NCBI GenBank assembly: GCA_965250285.1
Contig: OZ252299.1
Location: 4,064,001-4,128,000, forward strand
Direction of reading: 5' to 3'
Length of the DNA: 64,000 nt
Source of the DNA: Myxococcota bacterium
Lineage (GTDB): Bacteria; Myxococcota_A; UBA9160; UBA4427
The position numbers and the translations under genes are program-made. This document shows positions 59,151-64,000 of this stretch, piece by piece; within the stretch, counting starts at the first letter, position 1; each line of letters starts with the position of its first letter. The notes under the pieces are model-generated. The model was given only the letters and a program-made list of their open reading frames with translations, searched no databases and was not told the DNA's origin.

Positions 59151-59636
59151 ATGGCATCCGATCCGCCCCGCACGACACGCGCGCCCGGCGAGTACGGCCA
59201 TGAGGACACCTCGTTCCGCACGATGGGAGGCGAGGCGGGCGTGCGCCGGCTCGTCGATCGCTTCTACGATGCGATGGAGCGGCGTCCCGACGCCGCGCGC
59301 ATTCTCGGAATGCACCCGAGTGACCTGACCGTCTCGCGCGACAAGCTCTTCACCTTTCTCTGCGGCTGGCTCGGCGGCCCGAAGCGCTACGCCCAGCGCT
59401 ACGGACCGATCCGCATTCCGAGGGCCCACGCGCACCTCGACCTCGCCGAGCCCGAGCGCGATGCCTGGCTCGCCTGCATGCAGGAGGCGATCGACGGGAT
59501 GGACGTGCCGGACGATTTCAAGGCCTACTTCATGCGCGAGATCCGGGTGCCCGCCCAGCGCTCGATGGAGGTCGCCCAGCAAGCGAAGCGCGAGAAGGCC
59601 GAGAAGAAGGCGCGGCGCACAGCGGGGCGCGACTAG
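59151..59636 (+). CDS. Group II truncated hemoglobin
   Basis: MGGEAGVRRLVDRFYD, KLFTFLCGWLGGP..Y, IPRAH, RDAWL.CM. Confidence 0.92.
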   Translation: MASDPPRTTRAPGEYGHEDTSFRTMGGEAGVRRLVDRFYDAMERRPDAARILGMHPSDLTVSRDKLFTFLCGWLGGPKRYAQRYGPIRIPRAHAHLDLAEPERDAWLACMQEAIDGMDVPDDFKAYFMREIRVPAQRSMEVAQQAKREKAEKKARRTAGRD

Positions 59637-59687
59637 GGGGGCGGGGCGCGCTCGGGTGGCGCCCGGGCGCAGGTCTTGACCCACATC

Positions 59688-59714
59688 TCAACCGAAGGCG
59701 GCGTCCCGCCGAAA
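59688..59714 (+). promoter_or_regulatory. sigma28-like promoter TCAAC-N15-GCCGAAA
   Basis: Directly upstream of the GAGGGAGG RBS and the GTG at 59737. Confidence 0.4.
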
Positions 59715-59736
59715 CCCTCTCGAGGGAGGGGATCTC

Positions 59737-60486
59737 GTGCTGGACGTTCTGAGCGCCATCGGCGTCGCGGCCTTCGGCGTCGTGAGTCTCACCGTCGGAG
59801 CGCGCCTGCTCCTGCTGGCGGCACGCACCCATGCGCTGCCCGAGCTGGCGATCGGCATCGGCTTCGTCGTCGGTGTCCTGCTCGGGTTCGTCCCCGAGAC
59901 GCTCCTCTACTCGACCGACCTCGTCCCCGCCGCCTGGCAGCTGCCCCTCACGCGACTCGCCGAAGTCTCGATTCGAGTCTGCGCCGCCGCGATCGTCGTC
60001 TTTACCTGGCGGGTCTTCGCACCCGACGCCCCCTACGCACGGGCCGTCGTCGCCATCCTGCTCGGCTGCATGATCGCCTCGCACGTGATGGCGCCGTACG
60101 GCGACCTGCACGCCGAGACCGAGGCCGCTCGCCGCTGGGTGAAGCTCAACTTCGTGGCACGAACCGCCGCGCTGCTCTGGGGCACGATCGAGGCGATGCG
60201 CTACTGGGCCGCGAGTCGACGCCGGGCGGCGATCGGCCTCGCCGACCCCGTCGTGAGCAACCGGTTCCTGCTCTGGAGTGTCGCGATGGGCGCGGCGAGC
60301 TTCCTCATGGGCTCCGTGCTGCTCGCGCCGGTCTTCGGCCTCGAAGCGTCGGACATTCGCTGGCTGCTCGCCGAGTCGGGCTTCGGCAGCCTCGCCGCCG
60401 GCGCGATCTGGCTGACGTTCTTCCCGCCGAAGTTCTACCTCGACTGGCTGGGGGAGCGCCGCGACGCGGCGCCGGCCAGCGCCTGA
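59737..60486 (+). CDS. Hypothetical ~7-TM membrane protein
   Basis: Seven hydrophobic segments; C-terminal WLTFFPPKFY. Confidence 0.75.
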   Translation: MLDVLSAIGVAAFGVVSLTVGARLLLLAARTHALPELAIGIGFVVGVLLGFVPETLLYSTDLVPAAWQLPLTRLAEVSIRVCAAAIVVFTWRVFAPDAPYARAVVAILLGCMIASHVMAPYGDLHAETEAARRWVKLNFVARTAALLWGTIEAMRYWAASRRRAAIGLADPVVSNRFLLWSVAMGAASFLMGSVLLAPVFGLEASDIRWLLAESGFGSLAAGAIWLTFFPPKFYLDWLGERRDAAPASA

Positions 60487-60500
60487 CGCCAGCACACGCC

Positions 60501-61301
60501 TCAGCTCACGACCATGCCCCCATCGCACGTGATGACGTCGCCGACAGTGAATGCGCCGGCGCGCGAGCACAGAAAGATCGCGAGCCCCGCGATGTCCTCG
60601 GGCGTGCCGACGCGGCCGCGGGGGTTCGTCTGACCGAGTGCGTCCCAGTCGGTGCCCTCGACGTCGCCGCCCGTCCCGACGCCCGTGCTGAGCATCCAGG
60701 TCGGGAAGGGACCGGGCGCAATGGCGTTCACGATCACGTTGCGCTTCACGAGCTTCGCGCCGAGCTGCCGGCTGAGGGCGTGAACGGCCGCCTTCGACGG
60801 ACCGTACGAGAACGTCTCGAACGCCGGCGCCTGGATGCCGTCGATCGACCCGATGTTGACGACGCGCGCGGGGTCTTCGGCCGTGCCGGCGGCCTCGAGC
60901 AGCGGAAGCAGGCGCTGAATCGTGAAGAAGACGCCCTTCACGTTCGTATCCATCACTTTGTCCCAGCCGATCTCGGGGAACTCCTCGATGGGCGCCCCCC
61001 AAGAAACACCCGCGTTGTTCACGAGGATGTCGAGCTTCGATTCGCGGCTCCTCAGCTCGCCGACGACGGCGTCGATGCCGTCGAGATCGGCGAGGTTGCC
61101 CGGCAGTGAGATGCACTCGCCTCCGTACTCGCTCGAGAGTCGCTCGGCGGTCGCGTCGCAGACCTCGGCCTTGCGCGAGCTGATGTAGACCTTCGCACCG
61201 TTCGCGAGAAAGCCCGCCGCGATCATCTCACCGATGCCGCGCGAGCCCCCCGTCACCAGGGCGACCTTGCCCTCGATCGAAAAGAGATCCTTGATCTGCA
61301 T
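60501..61301 (-). CDS. SDR oxidoreductase (RhlG-like 3-oxoacyl reductase)
   Basis: TGGSRGIG, NNAGVSWG, NIGSIDG, YGPSK, NAIAPGPFP. Confidence 0.93.
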   Translation of the reverse strand: MQIKDLFSIEGKVALVTGGSRGIGEMIAAGFLANGAKVYISSRKAEVCDATAERLSSEYGGECISLPGNLADLDGIDAVVGELRSRESKLDILVNNAGVSWGAPIEEFPEIGWDKVMDTNVKGVFFTIQRLLPLLEAAGTAEDPARVVNIGSIDGIQAPAFETFSYGPSKAAVHALSRQLGAKLVKRNVIVNAIAPGPFPTWMLSTGVGTGGDVEGTDWDALGQTNPRGRVGTPEDIAGLAIFLCSRAGAFTVGDVITCDGGMVVS

Positions 61302-61339
61302 GTCGTCTCCATGGACGGCGCCAGGGCCGCGTTCAACTC

Positions 61340-61834
61340 TCAGGCAGCGTCGCCAGGCGGCGCCTCGATCACGACGACCGGCGGGTCATCGAGACCGTGC
61401 TGATCCCGGCAGAGGCTGCGATAGATCTCGAGCATGAACGGCGCGTCGACCACGAGCTCGACGGCCCCCTTTGCATCGAGGTTGAGGTTCGCGCCGTGGA
61501 CCGCGAACCAGACGTCGGTGAGCTCGGTGTTCGTGTCGGGCACGGTCAACGTGTGCACCGAACCCGCGGGCTCGTAGAGATAGGATCCCGCGGTGTTGAC
61601 CGCTTCGGGGCTCTCGCGGTAATGCCACGAACCGGACAGCGTCACTGCGTACACGTGCCCCGTATGCTTGTGGGTCTGTACCACGGTGCCAGGATCGAAC
61701 TTATTCCGGACGATCCAGATGCCCTGGGCGAGATCGACCTGCAGCACCTGGAGGGTGTTGCCCTCTCCCGCCTGCACGAAGGGTAGATCCTGCTCGTTTC
61801 GATGGATGGTCGGGGGACCGAGGGGCTGATTCAT
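61340..61834 (-). CDS. 2,4'-dihydroxyacetophenone dioxygenase-like cupin
   Basis: HKHTGHVYAVTLSGSW.Y.E, AGSYLYEPAGSVHTL. Confidence 0.85.
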   Translation of the reverse strand: MNQPLGPPTIHRNEQDLPFVQAGEGNTLQVLQVDLAQGIWIVRNKFDPGTVVQTHKHTGHVYAVTLSGSWHYRESPEAVNTAGSYLYEPAGSVHTLTVPDTNTELTDVWFAVHGANLNLDAKGAVELVVDAPFMLEIYRSLCRDQHGLDDPPVVVIEAPPGDAA

Positions 61835-61864
61835 CCCGCACTCCTTTCGTCAGGTGGCCGCGCT

Positions 61865-63004
61865 CTAGAAGCCCGTCAACCGCGCGAATCGGTCGCGGTG
61901 GTAGCTGCCGTCGCCGAGGGTCAGCTCCGCGGCCTTCGCACGCTTCAGGAAGAGACCGATCTCTTCTTCGTCGGTCATGCCGATGCCGCCGTGCATCTGC
62001 AGACCTTCGCAGGTGACGAGGCTCGCGGTGTCCGAACAGCGGGCTTTCGCCGCGCTGACGATGCGCGCGGCGTGCGGGCGGTCTTCGTCGAGGGCGCGGA
62101 GCGCGTCGAGGGTGATCGCCTGGCTGAGCTCGACCTCGCAGAACATGTTCGCCGCGCGGTGCTTGAGCGCCTGGAACGTGCCGATCTTCGTCCCGAACTG
62201 CTCGCGGGTCTTGAGATACTCGACCGTCCGCTCGAAGACCTCGGCGATGGTGCCGACCAGCTCTGACGAGAGCGCGGCGGCGCCGCGATCGTACACGGCG
62301 TCGAGCAGGTCGCCGCCGGCATCGATCTCGCCGAGCACGGCATCGGCACCGACCTCGACACCGTCGAGGTCGACGTTCGCCGCGTTGCGGCTGTCGACCA
62401 TCATCGTGCGCGACACGCTGCAGCCCGGCGCCGCTGGATCGACGACGAAGAGGCTGATGCCATCGCGCTCACCGCTGGCGCCGCTGGTGCGTGCAGCGAC
62501 GACGAGGCGATCGGCGACGTGACCATCGAGCACGAAGCGCTTTCGTCCACTCAGGCGATAGCCGCCGCCGCTCTTCTCGGCCTGCATCTCGATCGCGAAC
62601 GGAGCGAAGCGACTCGTCTCCTGATGCGCCAGCGCGAGCAGCGTCTCGCCCTTGCACACGCCGGGCAGGATCTCGCTCTTCTGCGCGTCGCTGCCCGCGA
62701 GCGCGACCGCGCCGCCCCCCAGCACCACCGTCGACAGGAAGGGATAGGGCGCGAGGGTGCGGCCGCACTCCTCCATCACCACGCCCAGGTCGGCGAGGCC
62801 GAGGCCCGCACCGCCGAGCTCTTCGGCGAACGGGATGCCCGCCCAGCCGAGGCCGGCCATCTCCTGCCACAGCGACTTCGAGAAGCCCACCGCGTCGGCA
62901 TCGTCGCGCAGGGCGCGCAGGTGCGTGACCGGGGCGTGCTCCTTCATGAACTCGGCAGCGCCCTGCTTGATCAGCTCCTGTTCTTCGGTCAGTACGAGGC
63001 TCAT
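61865..63004 (-). CDS. Acyl-CoA dehydrogenase family protein (second subunit of a pair)
   Basis: LTEEQ, GLGWAG, YLKTREQFG..IGTFQALKHR, QMHGGIGMT.E. Confidence 0.92.
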   Translation of the reverse strand: MSLVLTEEQELIKQGAAEFMKEHAPVTHLRALRDDADAVGFSKSLWQEMAGLGWAGIPFAEELGGAGLGLADLGVVMEECGRTLAPYPFLSTVVLGGGAVALAGSDAQKSEILPGVCKGETLLALAHQETSRFAPFAIEMQAEKSGGGYRLSGRKRFVLDGHVADRLVVAARTSGASGERDGISLFVVDPAAPGCSVSRTMMVDSRNAANVDLDGVEVGADAVLGEIDAGGDLLDAVYDRGAAALSSELVGTIAEVFERTVEYLKTREQFGTKIGTFQALKHRAANMFCEVELSQAITLDALRALDEDRPHAARIVSAAKARCSDTASLVTCEGLQMHGGIGMTDEEEIGLFLKRAKAAELTLGDGSYHRDRFARLTGF

Positions 63005-63062
63005 TCTGTCTTTTCTCCGGGTCGCGTCGGGTGCGCAGTCGTTGCGTGGGCTTCGCCGCGCT

Positions 63063-64000
63063 TCAATCGGGCAGGCCCAGGACGCGCTTTGCGATGACGT
63101 TCAGCTGCACCTCGCTCGTGCCGCCCTCGATCGAATTGCCCTTCGAGCGAAGCCAGCCGCGCGTCTCGGCGATGTCGGCCGGCGAGAAGCCCTCGCCTTC
63201 CCAGCCGAGCGCGTCGGCGCCGCGCACCGTCATCGTGATCTCGTTGCGGCGCTTGTTCATCTCGCTGGCGTAGAGCTTGAACATCGAAGTCGCAGGCCCG
63301 GGCCCCTGCCCCGCCTTCGCCTGCTGCCCGCTGCGCTTGAGGCTCAGGCCGAAGCAGAGCGAGTCGAGCTCCCACTGTGCGATTCGGTCGCGCAGCACCG
63401 CGTCGGAGAGGCGGCCATCTTCTTCGCTGCCGAGATGAGCACGTGAGGTCTCGGCCAGAAAGCTCTTGGGTGCGGGCGGCGGGCCGGTCTTCTTCTTGCG
63501 GGGTCCGGCGGGCACACCGCCCGTGCCCATCCCGCCCGAGAGCATCGCGCGCTCGTGCTGAAGCAGTCGCTTCGCGATGGTCCAACCGCCGTTGAGCTCA
63601 CCGACGAGGTTGTGCTTCTCTGCGCGGACGTCCTGGAAGAAGACCTGGCAGAATTCGCTCGCGCCGCTGATCAGCTGAATGGGAGAGATCGTGACGCCAG
63701 CCTGGCGAAGATCGAAGAGGATGAAGCTGATGCCGTCGTGCTTCGGCGCATCGGGGTCGGTGCGCGTCAGGCAGAAGATCCAGTCGGCGTTGTGGGCGCC
63801 GGTGGTCCAGATCTTCGAGCCGTTGATCATGTAGTGGTCGCCTTCGTCGACGGCTCGGGTCTGCAGACTCGCGAGATCCGAGCCCGCGCCCGGCTCGCTG
63901 TAGCCCTGGCACCACTGGATCTCACAGCTCGTGATCTTCGAGAGGTGTTCCTTCTTCTGCGACTCGTTGCCGAACTCGAGGAGAACGGGGCCGAGCATCG
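63063..64000 (-). CDS. Acyl-CoA dehydrogenase family protein (5' end beyond the window)
   Basis: WCQGYSEPGAGSDLASL, NGSKIWT, FCQVFF, GELNGGW, SIEGGTSEVQLNVIAKRVLGL. Confidence 0.93.
   Translation of the reverse strand, partial: MLGPVLLEFGNESQKKEHLSKITSCEIQWCQGYSEPGAGSDLASLQTRAVDEGDHYMINGSKIWTTGAHNADWIFCLTRTDPDAPKHDGISFILFDLRQAGVTISPIQLISGASEFCQVFFQDVRAEKHNLVGELNGGWTIAKRLLQHERAMLSGGMGTGGVPAGPRKKKTGPPPAPKSFLAETSRAHLGSEEDGRLSDAVLRDRIAQWELDSLCFGLSLKRSGQQAKAGQGPGPATSMFKLYASEMNKRRNEITMTVRGADALGWEGEGFSPADIAETRGWLRSKGNSIEGGTSEVQLNVIAKRVLGLPD

Overview
A gene-dense, very GC-rich bacterial chromosomal segment with about 60 credible genes. The gene content, PEP-CTERM/IPTL-like sorting tails and promoter motifs suggest a Myxococcota-like organism, but this is inference only. 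Most genes encode lipid, steroid or aromatic catabolism: thiolases including an Ltp2-like + DUF35 pair, crotonases, paired acyl-CoA dehydrogenases, a KshA/Neverland-like Rieske oxygenase, a BVMO, a P450, SDRs, two TauD dioxygenases, F420-dependent enzymes and a sulfotransferase. Nitrogen assimilation genes are glnII (with a sigma54 promoter and palindromic enhancer sites) and amtB-glnK. Best candidates for poorly described systems: (1) a DUF2809 / exosortase / VIT-vWA-PEP-CTERM / OmpR-CreC-like two-component cassette with shared 11-bp-period direct repeats (33.8-40.7 kb); (2) a four-gene exported TPR/lipoprotein operon built around an M48 protease whose HEXXH reads REIAH (0.7-4.3 kb); (3) a surface-sorted beta-propeller di-heme cytochrome; (4) a ~320-bp highly structured MITE-like element; (5) a serine hydrolase whose usual Cys-containing N-terminal domain appears as a separate downstream gene. 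I saw no rRNA, tRNA, CRISPR array or transposase. Many long ORFs in the track are antisense shadows. All family calls come from motif recognition, not database searches.
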